64,000 nt of DNA from Octopus sinensis (lineage: Eukaryota), in contig NC_043005.1 of the NCBI RefSeq assembly GCF_006345805.1, forward strand, positions 39,246,001-39,310,000, read 5' to 3'. Each line of letters starts with the position of its first letter. Positions within the stretch are counted from its first letter, which is position 1. Positions 1-12,575 of the stretch are shown in pieces. The notes under the pieces were generated by a model. The model was given only the letters and a program-made list of their open reading frames with translations. It did not search any database and was not told where the DNA came from. A program made the translations under genes and the position numbers.

Positions 1-1297
1 GCACCATATTTTATCTGCTCAGCTTGCTCATATGGCTTACGTGACTGGTTCAATAATAATAAGAAGTCCCTGCCTTTTGCCATTCCAATGAGAAGGAAGG
101 AACCGAAAAACCATTTTAATGACTGTTATTTTTGCAAAGTAAATATCACAGGATTTTCTATGAAGAATAAGCACAAAGTCCTGTATCCCAATTTGGATTC
201 TGCAATGAGACCTGTGCCTCACAATGGAAGTCTGCGAATTCCGGTTCCACCAGGTGATAGTATTTAGACATCAAATGATGATGCTGACTGTCACGATAGA
301 GCTGCTAAGGAAGATTACGTGGCTGATGACAATAACATTGAACCTCAGAAATTTTCCCATGCTGAACTGAATGAACTTGTCAGAGACCTATCCCACACAA
401 AAGAAAATTGCAGAACTGTTGGCATCAAAACTGAAGGTGAAGTATCTGCTAGAGCACGGTATTCGTATAACTTATTTTCGACAGAGAAATGTGGTTCTAC
501 AATCGTGATTTTCTGTTGAAGGCTCGCTTTAATTTTGCAGTAACATCAATGGACTTTTGAATGAGTATCATAAAATCATGATCCTGCTTAGTAGGCTTTG
601 TTTATTGACTCTTCAAGACGACGTTTAAAAGTTGTGCTTTTCCATAATGGTAATTTGAAGCCTCCCATTTCTATTGCACATTCTGTTCATCTTCATGAAT
701 CATATGAGACTATGGAACTTTTACTTCATGTCATTGGCTATGAAAGATACTCACGGAAAATATGTGGAAATTTAAAAATCATAGAAATATCAATGGGAAT
801 GCAGTCAGGCTTCACAAAATACGGTTGTTTCTTGTGTCTATTGGACAGTCGGTCACCTGACAGACATTATTCGGAATCAAACTGGCAGACAAGATCATCA
901 TACCAGCCAGCATTGTCGTGCGTCAAGAATACACCTCTTGTAGATCCATGTAATATATTATTGCCTACTTTTCAAATAAAGCTTGGATTGAGGAAACAAT
1001 TTGTACAGACACTAGGGAAGAGAAATGCCAGAGCATTTGAGTATACCATAGAAAGGTTTCCCAAAATCACGCAGACGAAGTTGAAAGAGGGTATCTTTGT
1101 GGGAACCCAAATCACAGAAGTACTCAAAGATGTCAACTTCATGACGGTGCTGGATGAACTGGAACTGCCTGACTGGAATACTTTCAGTTGACTCTGTGAG
1201 AATTTCTTGGGCAACAAGAAGGCAGTGGACTACAAGGATGGCATCAGGATTCTTCTAAAGTCGTACTCAGCAACGGGTGGGAGCATGTCACAAAATA
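1..1297 (+). mobile_element. Chapaev3-like (CMC superfamily) DNA transposase remnant, broken by stops and frameshifts
   Basis: Frame 1 from base 1 reads APYFICSACSYGLRDWFNNNKKSLPFAIPMRRKEPKNHFNDCYFCKVN, later FSHAELNELVRDLS. ORF 598-1191 has FIDSSRRRLKVVLFHNGN, GMQSGFTKYGCFLCLLDSR, IKLGLRKQFV and LKEGIFVGTQI, and FLGNKKA follows near 1204. These match my recollection of Chapaev3 transposase motifs. Similarity ends near 1297. Confidence 0.75.
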
Positions 1298-3730
1298 ATG
1301 TTGTTTCTGGTATGAAACAAAACACAATATTTTTATTTCTTAAACTTACGCAGAGAGAGTGAACAATTCATAAGTTCAAAAACGCCACAAAAAACTATGT
1401 CTGGAGATAAATTTATCAACAACAAAAAAAACAGACGAATACAGATCTGTTGACCTTAAGAAGCTACGTTACGAGCAATGTTTACATGCAGAGAACTCGG
1501 ATGCGGTGTTATCTCAAACACGTAACCCTAAACAGACAGATTTGTCCCCTAATGTCAATGTCCGAGCTCGTCATGCCACAGTGACAACAAAGCAAAATAC
1601 AAACCGGATTGGTCGTCAGCCGGAACATCAAGGACCACGTATTCGAAAGATGAACAAAATTCGGTACGAAAAATCAGCTACTGGTTCAAATTTTACCGAC
1701 ACGCAGGAGCTGGAAGTGCCCCACAACCGGAATATTCCAACAGATGGCCATCCATACTCGTCATCAAATGACCAAAAGAAAAAGAATGAAAAATGGTCTA
1801 GAGGAGATAATAAAGAATTTCTTACGGCCTATCATGCCATATATTTGCCCACAAATAAATCTAATATTGTACAAACCTACTTAAACTGGAGTAAGAAACA
1901 CCTTCAAGTAAGACCCAACATAGACAGTAACAAACTAGCCAGCGTCAGAAAAAAACATTGTAAATACGAAATTACTAACTAAATTAGAGATTGACCAAAT
2001 TAAACATATAGTAAGGGATAAAAGGAACGAGGCTGCAGCTAAAGTAGGATATTATAGATGAAATAATTATAGACCAGCCCAGGGCTGAAGAAAATGCAAT
2101 AATGATTGAAAGAGTTAATATAACTGATAATCAAAGTGAAATACTCTCTGAACCAACCATAAATACTAAGGCAGATGAAAACCAAATAGATGAAGAAAGT
2201 CACAGAGAAAATCACCCAAAAGAACTACATGATCTAAAGAATCAAATCACGATTGAATGCCTGAAAATTAAAGAAAACCGCATGAATGAACACGACACTC
2301 TCCCAAAAATTCGCAATTCTAACCAAAACCTGACAGTAATTGGTAAAATTCGCCTTGCACAGAAGAATATAATTTCAGCTAATGATGTTGGTGTTACGGA
2401 TCTCAACCACCTGTACTAAGCATCCGCGAAAATCTCAAATTCTGTGGTGAAAAGATTCAAAAACGGCAACATTCCCGCAAAACGCCTACTTGGCAAGAGC
2501 GTATTCAGCACCAAATTCATCTGCTTAGGTCTGACTTAGAATGCTTAAAAAAACTTAAGTTTGACAAGACTATCAAACCAAAACAAAAAACGAAAATTAA
2601 AGAAAAAATATAAGTAAACCATATTTCACATCGATACCACCTTAGAAACCATCAAGCAAAAGGTATGTGCTAAGGCTGCCCGCATAGCAAGGTATGAAAA
2701 GCACGTTAGATTCTTCAAGGACAATAAATGTTCAAAAATAACCCCAAAAACTTTACAGGAAGATAGGGAAATACCAGTTAGAGTAAAGGCTGCCCCATGA
2801 AAAGAAGTGCAGGAATTTTGGAATAAAATTTGGGCTGAGAATAAAACACAATGAAAAAGCCCCCTAGATTGATAGAATATTTACAGACTTAGACTCCTTA
2901 GAGGAACAAATGCGGGAGAGTATCAAGGTAGAGCATATAAGATTTTCTCTCAAGGAGTCAAGCAAATGGAAGTCTCCAGGAAAGGATAACAATCCTAAGT
3001 TCTGGTTGAATGCCTTCCCATAGAGCCATGGACTGCTAACAATGTTTTGCAGCATCCTAGTATAATTTCCTCTTGGCAAGTTAATGGTGCAACATTCCTA
3101 CTTCCAAAAAATGAAGAAACAAATGAACCAGAAATGAACAACAATGTAAAAAAATGCTAACATTTGTCTGACAGAATATACCTATAGTCTTTTCATAGAA
3201 AGCGGCATATTCCCTAATGAATAAGAAGGAAGTAAGCATAAGTCCTATTATTGTAAAGATCAGTTACTCATCAACAAGATGATCTTGGAAGATTGGGATA
3301 AAAAGCCCATAAAAACTCGCCGATAGCCTGGATAGACTATAAAAAAGTTTTTTATAGTCTACCACATAGCTGGATTAAGAAATGTCTGGAAATGTATAAA
3401 ATAACACTTACACTGCGAAACTTCTTTTCTGTAAGTATGAGATCATGGAGAACCACAATCGATTGTTAAACAATTCAGTGATGATATTAGGATGCAATCT
3501 GACCTCAATAAATGCACAACAGTTACATTTATCAGAGAAAAAATGGCAGAAACATTCAGCGTTAACCTTGACCAGCATAGTGTCATAAAGCAATTAGAAC
3601 CAGCGGAGAGCTACAAGCACCTAGAAGTATGTGAAGGTGACAGAATCAATCATTCAGTGATGAGGGAAAGGATCAGCAGAGAAAGTTATCGCAGGATAAG
3701 GGCAATACTGAAGACAGATATAAACAAATG
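1298..3730 (+). mobile_element. Decayed Dong/R4-like non-LTR retrotransposon with internally deleted RT
   Basis: Fragments KWSRGDNKEF (about 1790), WKSPGKDNNPKFWLNAF (about 2966), DQLLINKMILED and AWIDYKKVFYSLPHSWIKKCLEMYK (3258-3400), and IKQLEPAESYKHL...MRERISRESYRRIRAILKTD (ORF 3492-3731) are typical of R4/Dong-clade RT proteins. Many stops; ends not resolved. Confidence 0.75.
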
Positions 3731-4179
3731 ACGTAACGTATACTGAAAGTAAAAACGAACGGGAAACGTACAGAAAGTTCGTAATTCATCATCAGTTCTC
3801 GACCAATTGGTAATATTCAGTTTCGCACCTTTAACGATGGCACTGGGCGTTTCCCAATTGGCAGTGCCAGCAAAAAGCAGGTTTTCTTGCGGAGAATCAC
3901 AGACAAGATCAAACAAAACAAACTAAAACAAGAAAAACTACACAGAGCGTGATTTAAGATGGTGGACGAGAATGAACAGTCGAACAAAATACGGCCTTGG
4001 GGCCAAGGAGACGAGAATAATGGGTAACGCTCAGAAAAAAATTCTTGAAGGACGGAGAACGGAGAGACAAAATTTGCGACTGGTCACAGCTACGAGACCA
4101 GTGTAAGAAAGGAAGAAAAATAGGAAACTGGCTGCTGGTCACGTAACATCAGCAGCAAGAGAAGAAAGACAGCAGGGAG

Positions 4180-4330
4180 TGGGTACGATGTATGGTTCCG
4201 GGTTCAATTCCACTGCATGGCACCTGGAGCAAGTATCTTCTACAGTAGCCTTGGGTCAACCAAAGTCTTGTGAGTGGATTTGGTCGAGGGATATTGAAAG
4301 GAGTCCGTCGTATATATATGCATATATTTG
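4180..4330 (+). mobile_element. tRNA-derived SINE, family A fragment
   Basis: B-box-like GGTTCAATTCC followed by GCAAGTATCTTCTAC...CTTGTGAGTGGATTTGG, homologous to the full copy at 19645-20043. Confidence 0.7.
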
Positions 4331-5351
4331 TGTTTGTGGCTTGACAACTAAATGGAGATACCTATGTGTGTGGGGTGTGTGACTTGAGTGTTTGTTACTG
4401 TGTGTTCACATAAAAAAAGATATATAGATGTATCTTATTTTTTTACCTATCACTTGTTTGTGTCGTTGTACTTCGGCCATGCTGTGGCAATGCTTTGAAG
4501 AACTTGTGCAACAAATCGACCCCATTACTTACTTGTAATGTAAACTTTCAATGAAACCGGTTGGGTTATTCTCGAGTTTTAGGATTTCATACATACATAT
4601 ACACAGGCAGACAGACAGACACACAAACAGGCACACAGACACACATGCTTAGCTTTATATGTGTGTGTGTGTGTCTGTGTGTATACACGTCACGTACACA
4701 CAAACGCACAACAGATGCAAAGCTAGCAAATACACCCACTTATACGGCCATGTGAGTACCCATTCGTGGCTGATTCGTACCTACTCCTACATGTACACAA
4801 ACCCTAGGAAACGCGCACATTCGAACGAACGCGTTGATGTCATCAGCTCTCAGACACACGCCAGCTTATGCGCATGTGCACTCACACACGCTTTTACTAG
4901 CATATACAATCATACCGGCACCAACACCAATGTCCTCTTATTCATACAGCTGATATGACTTAGAAGGTAAATTCGAACCTTTATAACATGTGTACGTGTG
5001 TGCATGTAGGCATGTGCGCACCTCGCACCAATGCGCATATGTATGTGTGTCTGTATTACGTTAGTTTTCAAACGTGCTGACTTACAACTGTTGTAGACTT
5101 GTTCACATCCTCGTTTTATTACGCTTCTACTGAAAGAAACCGATACTATGAGTGACATACATCAAATAAGTACTGGGGTCGATTTGTTCGACAAGCTCTT
5201 CAAAGCAAAACAAGTGATAGGTAAAAAAAATAAGATGTATCTATACATCTTTTTTTTACGTGACACAAAAACACACACTCAGGCAATCCCCCCCACACAC
5301 ACACACGTACACATAAGTATCTCCATTCAGTTAATACTTCAAATGTAAAAT

Positions 5352-5450
5352 TCTTCCCTGAAGACGGGGGCTGGCGTTATCCGATTATGGAATGAATTTA
5401 CAATCATTATTTTGGACCAGCAAGCTTCCAGGAACAGCTGTTGGTCTCGT
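5352..5450 (+). ncRNA. Decayed hammerhead-like motif, probably from a Penelope-like terminal repeat
   Basis: CTGAAGA at 5358, long stem II (GCTGG...CCAGC), then GGAAC-AGCT-GTT where GAAAC is expected. The core is mutated. Confidence 0.25.
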
Positions 5451-6052
5451 AAAACTCTTATTCAACCTCTTTAATAACTGATATCCTTTCTATTCTGTGT
5501 GAGTCGGTCTTTTTTATATGTACATTTTTGTATTAAATGTGTTTAATATTTTTTGTATATCGACTTGCCTGTCTTGATTGTTCTTAAATTTACTCCTCTA
5601 CCTGCTCACGTCCAAATCACTTGAAAATTATGAAGTGTAATCTATACAGAGAATACATGATTCTAATCTATAAACTTTAATTATAAATTAATGCATGTAG
5701 TCTTAGATGTACGTATTAGTCTCCAAATAATACTCTGTGTGCGTGTGCGCACGTGTGTGTTTGTGTGCGTGGGTGCATTGTCATAGTGCGTCTTATTATA
5801 TCAGCAGGGAAAAAAATGTTCAAACTCACGTTTAAATTTTACCCAGTAAAATAATTTATTTACAATTCATGATTGTGGACAACGCGAAGAGAAGCGCCCC
5901 CAACTATATTTTAGTCCGTTTGATCATTTTCTTTTCTATCCTTCTTCTTTCTTTGTTATTTCAACTTTCCATCAATTCGAATATTGAAGATAAAATTAAA
6001 CAAAATCCAGAGTTGAATTGATTTGCTGAACTAAAATCAATGGAGCCGCCTT

Positions 6053-6073
6053 CATTATCATTATTATTATTAT

Positions 6074-6130
<57 letters not shown>

Positions 6131-6131
6131 C

Positions 6132-6174
<43 letters not shown>

Positions 6175-6205
6175 CTTGTTGTTGTTGTTGTTGTTGTTGT
6201 TGTTA
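6053..6205. repeat. Compound trinucleotide microsatellite (TTA)n(GTA)n(GTT)n
   Basis: Directly visible. Confidence 0.97.
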
Positions 6206-6730
6206 TTTGTCATTATCATTGTTGAGTTGTTTTGTTATTTTGCCTCCAAGAAACCTCAATATGACCTTCTACGTTTACGTTGCACCGAACAACAGTTCCA
6301 AACCAAAGACTGTGGCGTCAGATATCTAAATTCGTCACTTTTACATTTTGGTCCTTGGAATATTTATATATTTTCTATTTTCGCTCTTGTGTTTCCTATT
6401 CTTTTCTCATTTGCATTTTCTTTAATTTGTTTAACATAAATGCATATACACACAAATACATATATGTAGACTTGGATATACATACATATATACATACATA
6501 CTTATATACACATACATATGTACCTACATATATACACACACAAACACGCACGCGCACACACAAATTTGTGCATTGTTTGTTCTTCATCTGATTTATTTTC
6601 TTTCAAATTACTTAGTCCTTAATTATTAAAATATCTGAATGGAGTACATAAATATATATATATATATACACATGCACACACACGCATACATGCATACATA
6701 TATACGTGTATATATATATATATATATACA

Positions 6731-7597
6731 TACAGTTTACGCTGTGTAAATTGTCACCATTTTATATTTAAACGTTACGCATGCGCATTGTTTGCTTTTG
6801 ATTTCGTTGACTGCACAGTATAGTAGAGTCAGTTGGGCACCGTCTGTAAGATAAACAGCACCATGACGCAATTAAATCTGCCAGAAATTTGGAAACGACA
6901 TGATGTCCTGCTTGGCATTCAGTCCGGAAGCTCCAATACGAACATTTCATTGTATGTGGACATTGCAATTTTGAAGACATGTACCAAGAGTGATAAAAAT
7001 CAAATATCCAGTCAACATCATGGTGTTTGGAGTGATCACTAGTACTAGTAATGGCGACGTTATGCCTCCATTCTTCTTCTCACACAGTCTCAGATTCAGC
7101 AAGCAGGCCTACATCAAGTGCTTGGAGAAGGTAATGCTGCCCAGGGTCATGAGGGTGGGTGCGGGAAGACCCTATGGCAACAGGACTCTGCACCATGCCA
7201 CACAATGAGAAGAACCCAGTCATGTCTGCCAGACAAATTCTGAGACCACATCACTCCTAACATCTGGCCACCTAACTCCTCACATTACAACCCTCTTGAT
7301 TTTTATGCGTGGGGCGCAATTGAAGAAGAAACCAAGAAAAATCTTTGTAACGCCAAAGATAAACTGAAGGCTAGGATTGCGCCAGCATTCACCAACGTAA
7401 GCAAGGAGACCATTCAGAAGAGTTGCAGACGATTCCGAAGTCGTCTGGAGACCGTGGCTGAAGCCAATGGCAATTTTATTGACTATATTTATTCTTTAGT
7501 TTTTCAAGATATTTTTATGTAATTTTGGTTAATGTATATGTTAAAATGAGATGTCTGTTATTTTCCTTTTTGCGTAATTTATTCACCGAACCCTGTA
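6731..7597 (+). mobile_element. Tc1/mariner DD37D (maT-type) transposon, internally deleted
   Basis: VNIMVFGVIT...GDVMPPFFF, then QQDSAPCH...IWPPNSSHYNPLD with 37 residues (one a stop) between the two Asp, then C-terminal RRFRSRLETVAEANGNFID. Ends TACAG... (6731) and ...CCCTGTA (7597) are compatible with degenerate TIRs and a TA target. Confidence 0.85.
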
Positions 7598-8269
7598 TAA
7601 TTCTTTATTGAGTAGAGAAGATGAGAATATATAGATACTATATATATATATGAGAGTAAACGAGAAGACGGTTAATGTAAAAACTGGAACGAGACAAAGG
7701 GTGAATTTTTTGCATCAACTTTCTTGTATTTTTTTCCTGTACTTTCTCATGTACCATTATTCTGCATTTAAAATAGGAAAAAAACTAACGGCCAGAGCCT
7801 GAAGAATGCATGCAGACACAAGGCACGTAATATAAGTTTGCTAGACCATGTAATTCAATTACAAGAAACTCTTAGTAGCTTTATTTTATTATAGTGTACA
7901 TTATATGTTATTCATCTCTTACTTATTCATCTCAACGACAGTGAGTCTAGCGCGAAAATCCTAATCTACAAAGCTTATACATTCATAATGTTTCTGTTGT
8001 TCCATTTTTGCCACAACTAATTAATAGTTATATTAATTTGCTGAATAGCTCAATGCTTTGATAGGCACAAAGTCAAAGTTTTCCATGAGACAAATGTAAG
8101 TTAGATTAACCTAAGTATTGAACTTAGCTCATTGATTTCGGAAGCGACAGGCAAAATTTGAAGGTAGAGCATAAAATACAATTGAATATCGCTACAACAC
8201 TTGTCCTACCCTTTGCTGATGGAGTCAAAACCCGCCTTTCTTACGTAGACAAGACACTGGCGACGTGAG

Positions 8270-8430
8270 AAGAGAATGTCGATTAAATCGACTTCAGTCA
8301 CTGGGATATTTTCTTTTATCGCCTCTGAAAGGATAAGGGGTGAAGTAGACAACAGTGGAATTTAAACTCGCAGCGTAAATTGATAAATCTAAATAGCACA
8401 AGGCATTTTGCTTAAGATGCCATCCATTCT
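8270..8430 (-). mobile_element. SINE family C remnant
   Basis: GATTAAATCGAC...TTTATCG...GAAAGGAT...GGAATTTAAACTC...GCATTTTGC, homologous to 32565-32730 and 37245-37360. Confidence 0.55.
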
Positions 8431-9329
8431 TCTAATATTCTAGTCCCAATAATAATTTGGGGAAAATACACTCTGTATTGGGGAAAATATAGTCTGTAGT
8501 GGCTGCTTTTGCAACAGCAGTTCATAAACTGAGGCCAGGAGTGTATCCATATTTAAGTAGGTGTATGTGTTTATGTCTTTCTCTATACCAGCAAGCGTAC
8601 ATAAGCAGAAAACTGGTTCTTTCCAAAGGAAGCCTACAGAAATTAGAAACTCCTTTTCATTTTTATCTAGTAGAAGTGCAGTGAAAGGCCTTTGAAAGAG
8701 AAAACGAAATCAGTTGTTTCTTACGACATCTGCACGATAATAATGATCGATTTCATTGAATGCCTTAAACTGTACAAACTCGATTAAGGCTAAACTAAAG
8801 CCAGAAAAATTATTATGCTTGGGATGAAGATTGTCTAAAATAAAACTTCCCGGAATAGCACATGACTATGTAGAGCCGATGATACAATCAGGAGCAAGCG
8901 CTAACCTCTTTGCAAGCAACTTGACAAAAATCCTTATTTCTATATTTAGCAATGTTATGATTCAAAAACATTTATCATGCCCGCGTGTCTCAGCACAGTA
9001 GCAGCGCTAACAGCATTAGGCTCACACAATTAGATATGCATTTAGATTGCTGCCACTTGTGGTCAGCGTGACCCAAGACAGCAACCACATGTCTAGCAAA
9101 GAAATATCAAGCTCATCAAACATCACACAAACAGTCCACACCAGACTATCTATTCGTCCTTCAATTATTCTTTGCCTCACTCATAACTGTTACCATTATC
9201 AACTTTCCTATAATTTCATGTTTTCTAAAAGTTTCAACTGCTCGTCGAGTTAGACACCGAAATCCGATGTCTTCAGTTCTATCCAGTGCCATATCAGGCG
9301 TACATTTTCGCTGATTGTTACTGTCGTTG

Positions 9330-9531
9330 TTTTCTTCTTCTTCTTCTTCTTCTTCTTCTTCTTCTTCTTCTTCTTCTTCTTCTTCTTCTTCTACTTCTGC
9401 TTCTTCTTCTTCTTCTTCTTCTTCTTCTTCTTCTTCTTCTTCTTCTTCTTCTTCTTCTCTTCTTCTTCTTCTCCTCCTTCTTCTTCTTCTTCTTCTCCTC
9501 CTCCTCCTCCTTCTTCTTCTTCTTCTTCTTC
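9330..9531. repeat. (TTC)n/(CTC)n tract, the tail of the retroposon
   Basis: Directly visible. Confidence 0.97.
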
Positions 9532-10021
9532 CCATCAGGACTCACGCCATTAGCCACAAAGAATAATCTCTAATTCGAGCCTACTCTAAGCTACTAAGAA
9601 TGCGTGTGGTAACTTGAAGATCCACCCACCACACGCGATAGACTGGCGGTTGCACGGGCGCGAAAGCTATGTTGTTATCCTCATTCCGTAAACGGTGGCT
9701 TTTAACGGGTGGAGAGCTGAACCATCCTGGGGTACAGAGGATTCGCAATCTAGACTAGGGTCTGAAAGTTTACCACACCATAGTGGGTCACACCATGGTT
9801 CCTCTGCTTTGTGGCAGAAGTACGAAGAAAGGGTGAAAGAAATTTGTGGTGAAAGAAATTTGTGGTGAAAGAGTACAGCGGGGTTCACCCCACCCCGCCG
9901 GAGCCTCGTGGAGGTGAGGTGTTTTTGCTCAATAAGCACTAACAATGTCCGGTCTAGAAGTCGAAATTGCGTTCTTACGACCGCGAGTCCGCTACCCAAA
10001 ACCACTGGACCATTGCGCCTC
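9330..10021 (-). mobile_element. Composite tRNA-headed retroposon with (GAA)n tail, bounded by an 11-bp TSD
   Basis: Minus strand starts GAGGCGCAATGGTCCAGTGG (A-box-like) and ends in about 200 bp of (GAA)n. Direct repeat TACTGTCGTTG at 9319-9329 and 10022-10032. Confidence 0.75.
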
Positions 10022-11369
10022 TACTGTCGTTGCTGTTGTTGCTGTCGCATCTTTCGCTGCTGCTGCCGATATTACTACTACTCTCATTACTTTTTCTTTC
10101 TTTTATAAAACGTCTTTGACACTTTGTATCCCTACGTATATCTATCTCGCCGTTTTTTTCTACTTTTATAGTTTATCGTATTTTTAAATATTGTTTATCA
10201 CTTTTAAATTTGTTCTCGCATATTTGAAAATTGCTTCGCCACTGCGAGGCATACTTAGCGCAAAATTATTTCTTCTTAGTGTCACTTACTGCCCTTCAAA
10301 AAGCCATGCTGATTACAATGCAAACACACGAAAACTATTTCAACCAAATAAAGTAATGATAAAGTAATGGTCTCCTAAAAAACAAAAAAAAAATTTCGTC
10401 TATTTCAGATATTGGGATATAAGTTCACTCATTCTGAATCAATGCACTCTGGTTTGCAAGATAATCCGAAACAAACAAAAAAAAATCATTCTCAAACTTG
10501 GTAAAAAAGCAAAGAATGCGGAGCGTTATGGCAATACGCCCGGCCATACCGAAAATCTTAATAAAAATGATTTATTACATAGATACATGGTCATAAATTG
10601 GAATTACCAAAAAGGGATTAATCGATTATATCAGCTACTGAACATACATACAATAACGTTCCTACTTTTAATTTACCACCACATTTAGGACTGGACAAGA
10701 CAATTTTAAATAAAAACAAAAGGATTAGAAAAGACGTTATAAAATGCTTATATTAGGAAATCTAGTATAAGATGAAGGAATTAGAATACATATGTAATAA
10801 CACAAAATCCTACAGTAATTAATACACAACACAATAATTTGAAAACTTGAAACACAAATTGTTTAACTTACTTACACACGAGTAACCTACATTGAATGCC
10901 CCTAGACTCAGACCATCTTCTATTCCTGATTCATTCTACTTAACATATTCGTTATATGGTTTTCTTTCAGATGTTTCTGTCAATATATCTGAAATTTGGT
11001 TGTGACACAGATACCCATGTATTCGTTGTCATCTGAAGAGGAGATGAATATTTTCCTGTGAGTCCTGGACACCAGTTACTTCGGTTTGTTATTGTTTCGA
11101 GCTCTGTTTCTATTTTTGCCGTTACCCAGAGCTTGCTACCTATCTTCAGTTCTTATTCGTTCCTCATCGTCTTGTGACGATGAGGCGGAATGATTAGGAG
11201 AGAACATTTATCTCCTCACCATCGGGTATGGTATGGTACCGAGACGAGTTTTCTGAAAAATCTCGATGTTACGCGTGATACTTCAGAAATAGCAGTTGTG
11301 TGGACGTGGTGTTGCTGTTGCTGATTCGGCTGCTATCTATTACTTATATTGTTCTTTCTCTTTCCAGTT

Positions 11370-11960
11370 CCCTCCAGCAGGAAACCTGCAAATAGCACTT
11401 GCTTCCAAATTGCTCTTGCATGCAATGGCTCTTACCTGTGACTATGTGCAACTAGGCTTTTTCTCCTGTCTAACGTGTCCTTTACCTTCTTTATCCAATA
11501 TGCTGTGCTACTCGGGAGCCAATATCAATGCGAATCTTGTGACTATAATCTTGTTTCCTCATACAATATGCGTCACGAGCCTAAATGTAGATGTGTGATG
11601 CACCAACTCCGTATATCGCTTCACTTCATTCTAGTTCATAAGGAACAAGTGTTGATTCTAATATTCTAATATCTTCTTCCTTAGTTCATGGATACCTTAA
11701 TCTTCCATATATATAAGGCTTCAAACTGAGAATATTTGCTTTTTCATAGATTATTAGTGTACCACCTCATCCCTTGTACTTCGGTAAAATTGCTAGGCAA
11801 GGATAGAAACTATGTAATATATCTATACATGATTTACTAAAACTTTTTTTTTGTTTGGTAGTTGACCCATAAACAGAATTTGTTGCACTTGTATATATGT
11901 GATTCCGTCTTTGAAATTGACTTTCTTATGGAGTACAAATGTCTGCCGTCGCTTCTTTAA
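11370..11960 (-). mobile_element. Possible highly decayed LINE 3' region
   Basis: Minus-strand translation gives only faint resemblance to the RTE-type C-terminal region; many stops. Confidence 0.25.
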
Positions 11961-12027
11961 TTGTTCTTATGTTTCCTTCCTGTTTGTCAAAATTTGTTTG
12001 TTTTTAAATATTCATGTTCATCTTTAG

Positions 12028-12061
12028 AAAAATGTTCAAAAACATGTTCAAAATACTTGAG
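12028..12061 (+). CDS. Candidate small exon with ATG at 12032 (MFKNMFKILE, phase-0 donor)
   Basis: Acceptor ttcatctttag| at 12027 and consensus donor GAG|GTGAGT at 12062; a second strong donor CAA|GTAAGT at 12097. No homology recognised. Confidence 0.3.
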
Positions 12062-12434
12062 GTGAGTTCGCCAGACAAAGACATGTCGTTACTCAAGTAA
12101 GTAAATATTTATGAAATAAAAAGTACAGAAATATCTAAAGACAAACATCACTTTCCTGCAGTTTGAGGTTAAATGTGTGAATATTAAAATGTTTCAAAGC
12201 AAAATAATCCAAAGAAGACAGAAGATTATTTTTTATATTAAGTATAAATAAATGTAGTAACGAGAATATTCGCATGGATTTATGTCTGAACACGTACAGC
12301 TCTCCTCAAAGCACAATAACAATAACATCAACAACGATCAATCATGACAATTTTTCTCTATTAGCCACAAAGGCACAGAAGATACAAACAATACGAAACT
12401 TTTACACAGAATTACAAAGAAAGAAATTAAGAGC

Positions 12435-12485
12435 CTCTCTCTCTCTCTATACATATATATATATATATATATATACACATACACA

Positions 12486-12571
<86 letters not shown>
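12435..12571. repeat. Compound dinucleotide microsatellite (CT)n(AT)n(AC)n(AT)n
   Basis: Directly visible. Confidence 0.97.

Positions 12572-12575
<4 letters not shown>

Noticed and set aside
9161-9573. Poly-Glu/Arg/Ser/Leu ORFs
   Set aside because: Translations of the (TTC)n retroposon tail.
11475-11669. YQCESCDY... as a C2H2 zinc finger
   Set aside because: His ligands are not at the required spacing, and the region may be the antisense of a decayed LINE.
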